Below are positions 38,412 to 48,402 of a stretch of 64,000 bases of DNA, in pieces. Position numbers and translations under genes: made by a program. Under the pieces are notes generated by a model. That model saw only the letters and a program-made list of their open reading frames with translations, was not told where the DNA came from and did not search any database. Position 1 is the stretch's first letter; each line of letters opens with the position of its first letter. This stretch comes from Candidatus Latescibacterota bacterium (GTDB lineage: Bacteria; Latescibacterota; UBA2968; UBA8231): positions 4,544,001 to 4,608,000 of the forward strand of contig OZ220089.1 of NCBI GenBank assembly GCA_964291625.2. The letters run 5' to 3'.

Positions 38412-40783
38412 CCAGGGACTTCCGCCCTTGCAGCGGACCTGGCGTCGGGGGGCTCGTAGTCGCCGAGGAGACCCAGTCGCTCCAGAAGGGGCATGAAGGC
38501 GAAGAGGTCCTTCAGCATGTAGGTGGAGACCTGACCCTCGTCGACGAGCCAGCGGAAGAGCCGGTACCCCGCATCGAGCAGGTTGGCCTCGCCGGTCTGC
38601 TCGTGGGCCCAGGCCAGGGGGCCGAGAAGCATGACCGTCGAGGTGTGGGGATCGGCCGAGATGGGAGCTTCTTTGTAATAGAATAGACCTTCCGGGGTGC
38701 GGCCCTTCCGGGACAGGAAGCGGACGCCGTCAAGCAGCATCCTTCGTGCCCGCTCTTCACCGGTGGCGGCGTGGTATAGCTGCAGCCCCTGGAGAACGCC
38801 GGAGACCATGAAGGGGGTCTCGCCCAGGTTGTGCGTGCCGATGCGATCGCGCCAGCGGCCCTGCTCGTCCTGCCAGACCTCGAGCAGGTCGACGAGGGCC
38901 TCCATGGCGGGCAGGAAGCGGTCCTCCGGGAAAGCGTCGTAGTAGGTCCCCATCCCCGTCAGGGCCCACCCCACGCTGCGGGTAGAGAACGGCCAGGGGA
39001 CGGGCTCGCCGGCGGCCGCCGCGGCAGCTCGTTCGGCTGTGAGCTCCTGCTTCCAGTGATACGGTGCCGAGCGGCGGCAATAGTCGGCGCACATCTCGGC
39101 GACCTGCCGGGCGCGGGGACAGCCGGTGAGGAAGTGGTAGTCCAGGAGCGACCCGAGCCAGGTGTGGCTCGTGCGAGGGCCGGTCAGATCGGTCTCGTCG
39201 GTCGTGGCATAGTGGTGGTTCTGCGACCACTGGAAGTACGGTCCGCCGACCCACTCCGGATGCTCTGACTGGTGGTGCACGGTGTCCACGTCCATGAGGT
39301 GGCGGACCGCGGCCTCGCCCTCCCAGAAGAGACGCTGGTCGCCCGAGCGCAGGTACTGCCGCAGGATCGAGCGCGGCAGGTCGTACGCCAGGTTCTCGGT
39401 GGTCCGTGTCACCGTGCGGCCATCGGGAAGGCTCTCCAGGCGCACCTCGTCGCCGTCGTTGAGAATGCCCCGGCCACTCGGCGTGCGGCAGAACCGCCGC
39501 AGTTTCGCCTCCAGCGGCCAGCAGGCCTCCGAGAAAGGGGCGAAGGGCCCGAAGACACCGGTCTCGGAGTAACGGTTGGAAGGCAGCTGCAGTAGCAGCG
39601 GCATCTCCGCGGCAAGGCAGAAGCGGTCGACCTCGGCCGCGTCGGCCGCCCGGGGGCCGAAGTGCAGGTAGACCTCGTGGGTCCGCGCCATGCCCTGGGG
39701 CAAGCGCAGTGGTCCGTCGTGGCCGGCGCCGCCGGCATAGTCGATCTCCGTGTACCTGCGTCCGGAGCCGCTCCCGGCGTCGGCCAGACCGGAGAGATCC
39801 GGGTACAAATCCAGACACAGGCGGTCGTCCTCGAAGGCCCATCTCTTCGGATAGCTCTGGAACGGGCGTCGAAGCTTGCAGGTCACCCCGGCCTCGCCGT
39901 CGGCGACGTGCAGCCACCCGAGGCCGTTCGTCCGCAGGTCGGTGCGGCGGCCGGTCCCCCAGCGGAGGCAGTGGCGCTCGAGGTTCCATTGCGTCAGATC
40001 GATGCTGTCGGTGGGCGCCAGATCGATGGGCTCGTGGAAGGTCCATCCCGAGACCTGGGAGCCCGCCAGGGCCCGGCGCGGAGTCGCGGCCAGGGACAGG
40101 GGCAGTTGCAGCGCGAGCCTGCGGAGGAACAGCTCGGAGCGGTGGTCGAGGTCGTGGACGAAGGTGAAGTCGATGCGCACGAAGGGCTGATGGGCGAAGC
40201 AGATGATGCGGGCCTCGAAGCCCAGGAAGGGACCCGCCGGACCGGTGAAACGGCCCCGGCAGCGGACCACGAGGCGCAGGGGATTCGCCGCCTCGATCCC
40301 GGCCTCCTCGATCCGGCCGGAACAGGCGTTCCCCTCTCCGTCCCAGGCCGTCAGGTCCCCCTCGTCTCCCCTGGCGAGGAACTCGCGGCGCCCCCTGGAG
40401 ACGGACCGGATCAGACGGCGCCCCCGGCGGCCGATGCGCAGGGCCAGCGCGCCCGTGGCAACATCGATGGAGTCGCCGCGGACTTCGGCGTGCAACGGCG
40501 AACTGAAGTCACCCGGGCCGGCCTGCGGATCGATCCGCAGGCCGAGCCGCTCCTGCGCCCCGATCTCCACCTGCAGATCGACAAGGGCCCAGCGCACCGA
40601 GCCGTCCGGCCAGCGGGCGCGCACGTGGGCCCGTGCCGGCAGGGGCTGGGCGTCCTCCGTGGAAACGCCCAGGCCTTCCGTCACCCTCAGTTCGCCGGGA
40701 GCAAAGGGCAGGCCCGCGGTGACCGGCCAGCGGCTCCTCGCAACGCCGGCGGGTTCGAGAATGTGAGCGGAAAGGGTCGGCAC
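38408..40783 (-). CDS. PcRGLX/YetA-like protein (exo-rhamnogalacturonan lyase-like; beta domains + alpha/alpha barrel)
   Basis: N-terminal WPVTAGLPFAPGEL...RWPDGSVRWALVD signature. Helical C-terminus with HLMDVD, SHTW..LLDYHFLTG and RSVGWAL. Start is uncertain (40783 or 40828). Confidence 0.65.
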   Translation of the reverse strand: MPTLSAHILEPAGVARSRWPVTAGLPFAPGELRVTEGLGVSTEDAQPLPARAHVRARWPDGSVRWALVDLQVEIGAQERLGLRIDPQAGPGDFSSPLHAEVRGDSIDVATGALALRIGRRGRRLIRSVSRGRREFLARGDEGDLTAWDGEGNACSGRIEEAGIEAANPLRLVVRCRGRFTGPAGPFLGFEARIICFAHQPFVRIDFTFVHDLDHRSELFLRRLALQLPLSLAATPRRALAGSQVSGWTFHEPIDLAPTDSIDLTQWNLERHCLRWGTGRRTDLRTNGLGWLHVADGEAGVTCKLRRPFQSYPKRWAFEDDRLCLDLYPDLSGLADAGSGSGRRYTEIDYAGGAGHDGPLRLPQGMARTHEVYLHFGPRAADAAEVDRFCLAAEMPLLLQLPSNRYSETGVFGPFAPFSEACWPLEAKLRRFCRTPSGRGILNDGDEVRLESLPDGRTVTRTTENLAYDLPRSILRQYLRSGDQRLFWEGEAAVRHLMDVDTVHHQSEHPEWVGGPYFQWSQNHHYATTDETDLTGPRTSHTWLGSLLDYHFLTGCPRARQVAEMCADYCRRSAPYHWKQELTAERAAAAAAGEPVPWPFSTRSVGWALTGMGTYYDAFPEDRFLPAMEALVDLLEVWQDEQGRWRDRIGTHNLGETPFMVSGVLQGLQLYHAATGEERARRMLLDGVRFLSRKGRTPEGLFYYKEAPISADPHTSTVMLLGPLAWAHEQTGEANLLDAGYRLFRWLVDEGQVSTYMLKDLFAFMPLLERLGLLGDYEPPDARSAARAEVPG

Positions 40784-40892
40784 CTTGGTAGCTCGGGCGA
40801 TGATACCAACAATGGACACCGCCGGCAAAGTGGCCGGGATGACACGGAGACCGGGGGGCTTCTACATTAATTCCACAGCCTTCGAGAGGGAC

Positions 40893-43052
40893 ATGACGAG
40901 AAAGACAGACCGGTACATCGGTTGGGCCGAGCTGGAGCCCTCGGGGTCGGTGATGGCGGGCAGCGTGGGGACCTGGACCCTCACCTACCACGTCGGCGAG
41001 TACGGGATCGACGACGGCGGAACCCTCAAGATCGCCTGGCGCTTCGCCTCGGACTGGGGCCGGCCCCAGAGCGAGGACCCCACGGCTCTCGACTACTGCA
41101 CGGTCACCACCGACGGCCCCGGACGGATCTCTCACCACTGGGACCCCAAGGGCTACGTCCGGCCCTGGCAGAAGTGCCTGGTCATCGACGTCGCGGAGTG
41201 GGCCCTGTCCCGGGGAGACAGGATCACGGTGGTGTACGGCGATCGCTCCGGAGGCTCGGCGGGAACGGTGGCCCAGACCTTCCAGGAGAGGAGCTTCGAG
41301 TTCAAGGTCTGCGTCGACCCCTTCGGCACCGGACGGTTCATCGAGATCGAGGACCAGCCCGTGGTCGAGATCGTGCCGGCCTCCCCGGCGAGGCTGGTCC
41401 TGACCGCTCCCACCCGGGTCGTCCGGGAAGAGCCCTTCGCCCTCGGCGTCAAGCTCGAGGACGAGTGGGGGAACCCCGTCCGCGCTCACAGGGGCCGGGT
41501 GGCGCTGTGCCCGGGAGGCCTCGAGGGCGTCCCGGCAGAGGTCGTCTTCACCGGCGGCGAGGGGGGGGTCCTGCGGATCCCGGAGGTCTCGGCGGAAGCG
41601 GCCGGTACCTACCGGGTGAGCGCTCGCAGCGGCTCCCTGAGAGCCGAGAGCAATCCCGTGGTCTGCGTCGACGGCGGGGAGCGTTTTGCGCCGTACTGGG
41701 GGGACCTGCACGGCCAGAGCGAGGAGACGGTGGGCACCAACAGCCTCGAGGACTACCTCCTCTTCGCCCGCGACGTGGCCCTCCTCGACTTCGCCGGCCA
41801 CCAGGGGAACGACTTCCAGATCACCCCGGCCTTCTGGGACCGCATCGGCCGGAGGGCGCGCGAGTTCGACGCCCCGGGGCGCTTCGTCTTCTTCCCCGGC
41901 TACGAGTGGTCGGCGACGACGCCCGCCGGGGGCGACCGCAACGTCTACTACCTCGACGACGGGCTCCCCATCCACCGAACCAGCCACTGGCAGGTGGACG
42001 ATCGGGAAGACCTGGCCAGCGACCGCTACCCGGTGGAGGAGCTGTTCGCCGAGCTGCGCAGGGGGGGACGGGCCCTCGTCGTGCCCCACATCGGGGGCCG
42101 CCCGGCCAACCTGCGGTACCACGATCCGGAGCTGGAACCGGTCATCGAGATCTACTCCGCCTGGGGCCAGTTCGAGTGGCTCCTCGAGGAGGCCCTGGAA
42201 CGCGGCTGCCGGGTCGGCTTCGTCGCCGGCAGCGACGACCACAAGGGGCGTCCGGGGGCCAGCTATCCGGGCGCCGCCTCCTTCGGCGTGTACGGGGGGC
42301 TCACCTGCGTGCTGGCCACCGAGCTGACGAGGAAGGGCGTGTGGGAGGCGCTCAAGGCCCGGCGCTGCTATGCCACCACCGGCCGGAGAATCGATCTGGA
42401 CGTGCGCGCCCAGAACGGCACCCGCTGGATCGGAGAGGCCTTCGACGCCGACCACATCCAGCTTTCGGTCTCCGTCCGGGGAACCGCCGACCTCGAAGAG
42501 GTGCTCGTCATGCGCGGAACGGAGTGCGTCCACAGCTACCCCGAGCCCCTCGAGCGGGACCCGGACCGGCTCCGCGTCGTCTGGAGCGGAGCCCGCATCC
42601 GGGGCCGCGCCCGCATGGCGCGATGGGACGGATCCCTCACCCTCGATGGAGGCAGAATCCTCTCGGCCGAGGGGTACGCCTTCGACAGTGCCGCCGAGGG
42701 CATCGTCGAGCAGACGCGAGAGCGGGTGGCCTGGCGATCGGTCACCTCCGGAGACGAGGACGGCGTTCTCCTCGACGTCGAAGCCGGCCCCGGGGCCAGG
42801 CTCCGCTTCGAGACGGGGATCGCCCGCTTCGAGGTGCCCCTGGGGGAGGTCACCGGGACGCCCTGGGTGCACCACGCGGGAGGGGAGGGCCTCCAGGTCC
42901 GGGTCGAGCAGGCGCCGCTCGGCTGCGGAGGCAGTTGCCGCTTCGAGTTCTCCGAGCCGGTTCCCGCCGCCGGCCCTCATCCCTACTACGTCCGGGTAAC
43001 CCAGACCGACGGATCGCGCGCCTGGACGAGTCCCTTCTACGTGAGCTCGTGA
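40893..43052 (+). CDS. DUF3604 (PHP-like metallohydrolase) domain protein
   Basis: YWGDLHGQS, FPGYEWS, GDRNV, PHIGG, EIYSAWG, GFVAGSDDH, RRCYATTG, YYVRVTQ and AWTSP. Confidence 0.85.
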   Translation: MTRKTDRYIGWAELEPSGSVMAGSVGTWTLTYHVGEYGIDDGGTLKIAWRFASDWGRPQSEDPTALDYCTVTTDGPGRISHHWDPKGYVRPWQKCLVIDVAEWALSRGDRITVVYGDRSGGSAGTVAQTFQERSFEFKVCVDPFGTGRFIEIEDQPVVEIVPASPARLVLTAPTRVVREEPFALGVKLEDEWGNPVRAHRGRVALCPGGLEGVPAEVVFTGGEGGVLRIPEVSAEAAGTYRVSARSGSLRAESNPVVCVDGGERFAPYWGDLHGQSEETVGTNSLEDYLLFARDVALLDFAGHQGNDFQITPAFWDRIGRRAREFDAPGRFVFFPGYEWSATTPAGGDRNVYYLDDGLPIHRTSHWQVDDREDLASDRYPVEELFAELRRGGRALVVPHIGGRPANLRYHDPELEPVIEIYSAWGQFEWLLEEALERGCRVGFVAGSDDHKGRPGASYPGAASFGVYGGLTCVLATELTRKGVWEALKARRCYATTGRRIDLDVRAQNGTRWIGEAFDADHIQLSVSVRGTADLEEVLVMRGTECVHSYPEPLERDPDRLRVVWSGARIRGRARMARWDGSLTLDGGRILSAEGYAFDSAAEGIVEQTRERVAWRSVTSGDEDGVLLDVEAGPGARLRFETGIARFEVPLGEVTGTPWVHHAGGEGLQVRVEQAPLGCGGSCRFEFSEPVPAAGPHPYYVRVTQTDGSRAWTSPFYVSS

Positions 43053-44818
43053 CGACCGTCGTCCACGTCACCCACGAGGCGGTCCACAAGGTCGGCGGCA
43101 TCGGCGCCGTGCTCACGGGGCTGATCACCACCGAGTCTTGTCGGCGGGCGGTCGAGCGGACGATTCTCGTGGGGCCGCTCATCGAGCGTCCGGGGAGCGA
43201 GGCCCTGGGCCCGGAGGGCACCCTCCTCCACGACAGCCGGAACGGGGTGCGCTCCGACACGGCGGGGGAGGCGCTGTCCAGGGTGGAGGCCCGCCGCGGA
43301 GTGCGCATCCTCTACGGCCGGCGGCGGCTCCGGTGCCCCGACGGGTCCGCGGTGGAACCGGAGGTGCTCCTCGTCGACGCGGAAAGGGGCGCCCCCAAGG
43401 GACTGGATCGCTTCAAGCACCAGCTCTACCAGGCCTTCGGGCTCGCCTCCGACCGCTACGAAGGGGAGTGGGAGTACGAGCTCTACGTACGTCTGGCGGA
43501 GCCCGCGTACGAGGCCGCCATCGCCCTCCTCGGCGACCGCCGCGGGCGGCCGCTGCACATCCTCGCCCACGAGTTCATGGGGCTGCCCACGGCCTTCAAG
43601 GCCCTCCTGGCCGACGAGTCCGGGGTGTACACCCTGTTCTACGCCCACGAGGTGGCCACCGCCCGGCGCCTCGTGGAGCGAGGCCGGGGAGGGGACGCCC
43701 GCTTCTATGGAGCCTTGCGCTCGGCCCCCCTCTCCGGGAGCTTCGTGGAGGATGTCTTCGGTCCCCAGGACGACTTCTTCAAGCACGCCCTGGTCTCCCG
43801 GGCCTGGCGCTGTCACGCGGTGCTCGCCGTCGGCGATCTCGTCGTCGAGGAGCTGCGTTTCCTCGGCCGGGAGTTCGCCGGCCTCGAGATCGACCGGGTC
43901 TACAACGGCCTGCCCCCCCCGCCGGCCTTCGCCCCGGCGGACCGGCGCCGGGCGCGGGAGAGCCTCGCAGGGCTCATCGAGAGCCTGCTGGGCTGCCGGC
44001 CCCGCGGGGTCTTCACCCACGTGGGGCGGCTCGTGCCGAGCAAGGGGTTCTGGCGGGATCTGCAGGTCCTGGAGGGGCTCGAGGCCGTGGCGCCGCCGTC
44101 GACAGGCCCCTGGGCGTTGATCGTCCTCGCCACCGATGCGGAGCCCCGTCCGTCGGAGGCGGTGGCGGCCATGCGCGCCGAGTACGGATGGCCCACCGCC
44201 CATCGCGAGGGCCCTCCCGATCTGACCCCGGGGGAGCTGGGCTTCGACCTGCGGGTGAGAGACCACAACGCCCGCAGCCGTCGGACGAAGGTGGTGTTCT
44301 TCAATCAGTTCGGTTTCGACGCCGGGAGCACCGGGGGCGCCGTTCCCCCGGGGATGGGTTTCGATGACCTGCGGCGGGGCAGCGACGCCGAGTTCGGGCT
44401 GTCGACCTACGAGCCCTTCGGCATCGCCCAGGTGGAAGCCCTCGCTTTCGGCGCCCTGAGCGTCGTCAGCGACGCCTGCGGCTGCGTCGGCTTCCTGCGC
44501 CAGGCGACGGCCCCCGGGAAGCCGGCCACCCACGTCTGCGGCGGCTACACACTCCGGGGCGGGGCGGGCCCGGCAGAGGGCGCCGATCCGGCGGCCTTCC
44601 TCGATCTGGACGACGGCTTCCTGGAGGCCGGCGAGCGCGCCTGCGGCGCGGCGGTGGCCTCGGCCCTGGCCGACGCGCTTCCCACCTCCGACGCGGAAGG
44701 GGAGCTGCTGCTGGAAGCCGGGCACGAGGCGGCCTCGGGAATGAGCTGGGAGAGGATCGTGGCCGGGAGGTTCCTGCCGGTCCTGCGGCGCCTCGAGAAG
44801 GCAGGGTCCGCACCGTGA
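43049..44818 (+). CDS. GT-B glycosyltransferase, glycogen synthase (GT3)-like
   Basis: HEAVHKVGGIGAV (KxGG), AHEFM, FYAHE, VYNGL, HVGR..SKGF and STYEPFGIAQVE. The GTG start overlaps the upstream stop. Confidence 0.75.
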   Translation: MTTVVHVTHEAVHKVGGIGAVLTGLITTESCRRAVERTILVGPLIERPGSEALGPEGTLLHDSRNGVRSDTAGEALSRVEARRGVRILYGRRRLRCPDGSAVEPEVLLVDAERGAPKGLDRFKHQLYQAFGLASDRYEGEWEYELYVRLAEPAYEAAIALLGDRRGRPLHILAHEFMGLPTAFKALLADESGVYTLFYAHEVATARRLVERGRGGDARFYGALRSAPLSGSFVEDVFGPQDDFFKHALVSRAWRCHAVLAVGDLVVEELRFLGREFAGLEIDRVYNGLPPPPAFAPADRRRARESLAGLIESLLGCRPRGVFTHVGRLVPSKGFWRDLQVLEGLEAVAPPSTGPWALIVLATDAEPRPSEAVAAMRAEYGWPTAHREGPPDLTPGELGFDLRVRDHNARSRRTKVVFFNQFGFDAGSTGGAVPPGMGFDDLRRGSDAEFGLSTYEPFGIAQVEALAFGALSVVSDACGCVGFLRQATAPGKPATHVCGGYTLRGGAGPAEGADPAAFLDLDDGFLEAGERACGAAVASALADALPTSDAEGELLLEAGHEAASGMSWERIVAGRFLPVLRRLEKAGSAP

Positions 44819-45972
44819 TGCAGCGAAGCGGGAGCGGCCGCCCCGGCCGCTCCCCGAAGGCCGCCGGATGGGCGTCCCTCGCGGCCCTGGCCCTCTGCCT
44901 CGGCTGCGGCTTTCCGGGACGAAGCGCCCCCCGGCCAGCCGATGCCGAAGCCTCCCTCGGCAGGCTCCTCGGCGACTGGCCCCACCGGGGCCGGACGGTG
45001 ACCATCGCCGGGTTCCGGCATGCCGACGGCAGGACCTCGGTCGAGACCGAGGCCCTCGACGAGGCGTGGCTCTCGGCTGCGGTGCGCGCCGGGGTGCTGA
45101 CTCTGCCCGACGCCGGCATCGCCGGCTCGGCCTCGGCGGAGGACCTCGACTGGTCCGGCGAAGCCCCCCTGCCCGACGACTGGCGGGAACTGCCGGGCGA
45201 CCTGGTGGCCGGGGGCCAGCTGCGCGTCGAGCCGCCGTGGGCCTACCTGCGCCTGGTGGTGGCCGATCCCCTGACCGGCCGGGTGCATCAGGATCACGGC
45301 ACCAGGATCGCCGAGCGCGACCTGGTCCGTCTCGTCCGGGACCGAAGCCGCCGCCTGACCGGTGTCGTCGCCGAGGTGGCGAGACCGATCGAGATCGAGC
45401 TGCACCTGCTGGTGCGGCGTGAAGAGGGGGGGTTCCCGGAGAGGATCGACTTCGAGGAGGGGGGCCTGCTGGCCGTGGACGACCGGTTCCAGCTGCGCTA
45501 CCGGGCCGACCGGGACTGCGAGGTCTTCGTCTTCCTGCTGCTCTCCGACGGCTCGAGGCAACTGTTGGGCGGTGGGGCCACGATCTACGGGGGAAGATGG
45601 TACTACGCCCCCGGCGAGAACCGCTGGCACACCCTCTCCCGGGACGATCTGGTCCACACCCTCTACTTCCTGGCCGCGCCGCGCATCGAGGAGGATCGTG
45701 GCTCCCTGTGGGAAGATCTCGATCGGCTGCAATCCGAGGGGCGTCTCGACCGGTTCGTCGGCCTCGACCTGGTGGACGCCGCCGTGGCCCGCCTGCTGCA
45801 GCGCACCGCGGGGGCCGACTCCATCGTGGTCAGCCGTGGTGCCGAAGGGGTGGAGAGGGGAGAGAAGGAGCGTTTCGTGTACGACGACGGCACCACCTTC
45901 GACAGCCGCGGGGAGCGCCTCGAGGGCACGGTCATCGCCCGCGCCTACAGCGCCCTCGTGCGCTACCGCTGA
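44815..45972 (+). CDS. Lipoprotein with DUF4384-like C-terminal domain
   Basis: Lipobox LCLGC. The segment GLLAVDDRFQLRYRADRDCEVFVFLLLSDGS is DUF4384-like. Confidence 0.6.
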   Translation: MMQRSGSGRPGRSPKAAGWASLAALALCLGCGFPGRSAPRPADAEASLGRLLGDWPHRGRTVTIAGFRHADGRTSVETEALDEAWLSAAVRAGVLTLPDAGIAGSASAEDLDWSGEAPLPDDWRELPGDLVAGGQLRVEPPWAYLRLVVADPLTGRVHQDHGTRIAERDLVRLVRDRSRRLTGVVAEVARPIEIELHLLVRREEGGFPERIDFEEGGLLAVDDRFQLRYRADRDCEVFVFLLLSDGSRQLLGGGATIYGGRWYYAPGENRWHTLSRDDLVHTLYFLAAPRIEEDRGSLWEDLDRLQSEGRLDRFVGLDLVDAAVARLLQRTAGADSIVVSRGAEGVERGEKERFVYDDGTTFDSRGERLEGTVIARAYSALVRYR

Positions 45973-45974
45973 AG

Positions 45975-47108
45975 GTGATCTACCTCGACCACAACGCCAC
46001 GACGCCGGTGCGGCCCGAGGTCCGGGAGGCGATGTGGCCGTACCTCGGCGAGGAGTTCGGCAATCCTTCCAGCCGCCACGGCCCGGGACGGAGGGCCCGC
46101 GACGCCGTCGAGAGGGCCCGCGGACAGATCGCCCGGCTCATCGCCTGCGATCCGGCGGAGATCCACTTCACCAGCGGCGGGACCGAGGCCGACAACTGGG
46201 CCCTGCGAGGCATGTCGGCCTCCTCGCAGGGCTCCGTCGTCGTCTCCTCGGTGGAGCACCACGCCGTCCTCCACGCCGCCGGCGAGCTGGCGCGGGCCGG
46301 CCGCGAGGTCGTGGTCCTCCCCGTGGACGGGGCGGGCCGGGTCGATCCGGAGCGGGTCCTGAAGGCGTCCGAAGGCGCCGCGGTGGTCTCCCTCATCCTG
46401 GCCAACAACGAGACCGGGACGATCCAGCCGGTGGCCGGGATCGGAGCCGTCCTGCGCCAACGCGGGGTTCCCTTCCACGTCGACGCCGTGCAGGCCTTCG
46501 GCAAGATCCCCACCCGGGTCGACGACCTGCAGGCGGACCTGGTCTCCCTCTCGGCCCACAAGATCAACGGTCCCAAGGGCGTGGGCGCCCTGTACGTGCG
46601 CCGCGGCACCTCCCTGGAGCCCTGGCAGGTCGGGGGCGGGCACGAGCACGGGCTGCGAGCCGGCACCGAGAACGTGGCGGCCATCGTCGGCTTCGGCGCC
46701 GCCGCCGCGATCCGGCGGGTGGAGATGGCGGACCAGGAGCGGCGGCACGGGCGCCTCAGGGACCGCCTGGAGTCGGCCCTGCGGGAGCGCATCGGCGACG
46801 TGGTCGTCCACGGCCACCGGGTGCACCGGTTGAGCAACACCCTCAACCTCTCCTTCCGCGGCGTCGAGGCCGAGGCGGTCCTCGTCGGCCTCGACCTGGA
46901 GGGGATCTGCGCCTCGAGCGGCTCGGCGTGCACCGAGGGCGCGGCCGATCCCTCCCATGTCCTGCTGGCCATGGGCGTCGAGCCGCGGCTGGCGGCCGGG
47001 GCCCTGCGCTTCAGTCTGGGGTGGGGCAGCGACGAGGCCGGGATCGACCGAGTCGTCGAGGTCCTGCCGGCGATCGTGGCGCGGTTGCGGGACCTCTCGG
47101 TGTTCTGA
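45975..47108 (+). CDS. iscS: Cysteine desulfurase, group I (IscS/NifS)
   Basis: YLDHNATT, GNPSS.H, FTSGGTE, ANNETG, HVDAVQ, SAHK, RAGTEN and SSGSAC. Confidence 0.93.
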   Translation: MIYLDHNATTPVRPEVREAMWPYLGEEFGNPSSRHGPGRRARDAVERARGQIARLIACDPAEIHFTSGGTEADNWALRGMSASSQGSVVVSSVEHHAVLHAAGELARAGREVVVLPVDGAGRVDPERVLKASEGAAVVSLILANNETGTIQPVAGIGAVLRQRGVPFHVDAVQAFGKIPTRVDDLQADLVSLSAHKINGPKGVGALYVRRGTSLEPWQVGGGHEHGLRAGTENVAAIVGFGAAAAIRRVEMADQERRHGRLRDRLESALRERIGDVVVHGHRVHRLSNTLNLSFRGVEAEAVLVGLDLEGICASSGSACTEGAADPSHVLLAMGVEPRLAAGALRFSLGWGSDEAGIDRVVEVLPAIVARLRDLSVF

Positions 47109-47146
47109 AGCGGCGCCGCGCCGGGGTGGGCCCGGGGCGCGTCCCC

Positions 47147-47623
47147 TCACCCGCGCCGGTAGCTTGCGAAGCGCAGCCTCCCCTCCTCCCTCTCTTCCGT
47201 GACCGTCCATTCCCGGGCCGGCCACTCGGGGAAGCGGGTCTCTCCCTCCACGCGGTCCGGCACGTGGGTCAGGATCATCTCGTGGGCCAGGGGAAGGGCT
47301 TCGGTGTAGACGCTCGCGCCCCCGCACACGAAGACCCGGCGCCGCCCGGAGCGGCGGCAGTGCTCGAGGGCCGACTCCAGGTCCGGGAAGGGCCGCATCC
47401 CCTCCACGGCGGAGTAGTCGGTCCTGCGGGTCAGCACCAGGTTGGCACGCCCGGGCAGCGGTCGGCGCGGCAGGGACTCGTACGTGCGCCTCCCCATGAG
47501 ACAGGCGTGGCCCATGGTGGTACGCATGAAGTGGCGCATGTCCGCCGGGTAGTGCCAGGGCAGGCCGCCGTCGCGGCCGATCACCAGATCTGGGGAGACC
47601 GCCGCGATGAGGCAGATCTTCAT
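47147..47623 (-). CDS. folA: Dihydrofolate reductase
   Basis: IAAV...VIG..GGLPWH.PADM.HF..TT.G...MGRRTYES..RPLPGR.N...CGGA.VY. Confidence 0.95.
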   Translation of the reverse strand: MKICLIAAVSPDLVIGRDGGLPWHYPADMRHFMRTTMGHACLMGRRTYESLPRRPLPGRANLVLTRRTDYSAVEGMRPFPDLESALEHCRRSGRRRVFVCGGASVYTEALPLAHEMILTHVPDRVEGETRFPEWPAREWTVTEEREEGRLRFASYRRG

Positions 47624-48402
47624 GCCGCGGAGGGATTGAAGAACCGCCGCAAGTCGTCGCGCTGCTCCTCCCGGGCGGCGCCCACCGTGCCGTCGAAGAC
47701 GACCCGTCCCCCGTCGAGCATGACGAGCTGGCCGTCGAGGCGCTCGATGCTCAGCAGCTCGTGGGTGACGACGACGACCGTCGTCCCCTGTCCCCGGTTC
47801 AGGGAGAGCAGCAGGCGGTCGATGCCGGCGGCGGTCACCGGGTCGAGGCCGGCGCCGGGCTCGTCGCAGAACAGTACTTCCGGCTCCAGGGCCATGGCGC
47901 GGGCCAGGGCGGCGCGCTTGCGCATGCCCCCCGACAGCTCGCTCGGCAGCTTGCCGCCGCTCCCCTCCAGGCCGACGAGTCTCAGACGGGTGTCGACGAC
48001 GTCGCCGATCAGGGCCGGCTCCAGGTCGGTGTGCATCTGCAGGGGCAGACCGACGTTCTCCGCCACCGTCAGGGAGCCGAGCATGGCGCCGTACTGGAAC
48101 ATCACCCCCACCCGCTTCAGCAGGGCGTCGCGCTCGGCCTCGGCCAGCTCGTGCAGGGGCTCCCCGAGCAGGCCCAGATCACCGGCGCGGGGGGAGACGA
48201 GGCCGATCACCGTCTTCAGCAGCGTGCTCTTTCCGCAACCCGAGCCGCCGACGATGCAGGTCATGTCGCCGCGGCGGACGGTGAGGTCGACGCCGTCGAG
48301 AACCGGCGGCGCCTGCTCTCCGTAGGCCACGGAGAGGCCGCGGACCTCGACCACGGGCTCGCCGGGCGGGAGTCCCCCGGGGGGTGGAGGTGCGGCGGTC
48401 AC
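47620..48402 (-). CDS. mlaF: MCE-system ABC ATPase (MlaF/Mkl-like)
   Basis: GGSGCGKST, MFQYGAM..SLTV.ENV, ELSGGMRKRAALARA, DEPGAGLDP and VTHEL. Confidence 0.9.
   Translation of the reverse strand: MTAAPPPPGGLPPGEPVVEVRGLSVAYGEQAPPVLDGVDLTVRRGDMTCIVGGSGCGKSTLLKTVIGLVSPRAGDLGLLGEPLHELAEAERDALLKRVGVMFQYGAMLGSLTVAENVGLPLQMHTDLEPALIGDVVDTRLRLVGLEGSGGKLPSELSGGMRKRAALARAMALEPEVLFCDEPGAGLDPVTAAGIDRLLLSLNRGQGTTVVVVTHELLSIERLDGQLVMLDGGRVVFDGTVGAAREEQRDDLRRFFNPSAA

Noticed and set aside
40922-43048. 1298-aa giant glycosyltransferase fusion
   Set aside because: The first 709 codons are an alternate frame of the DUF3604 gene. The real start is GTG 43049.
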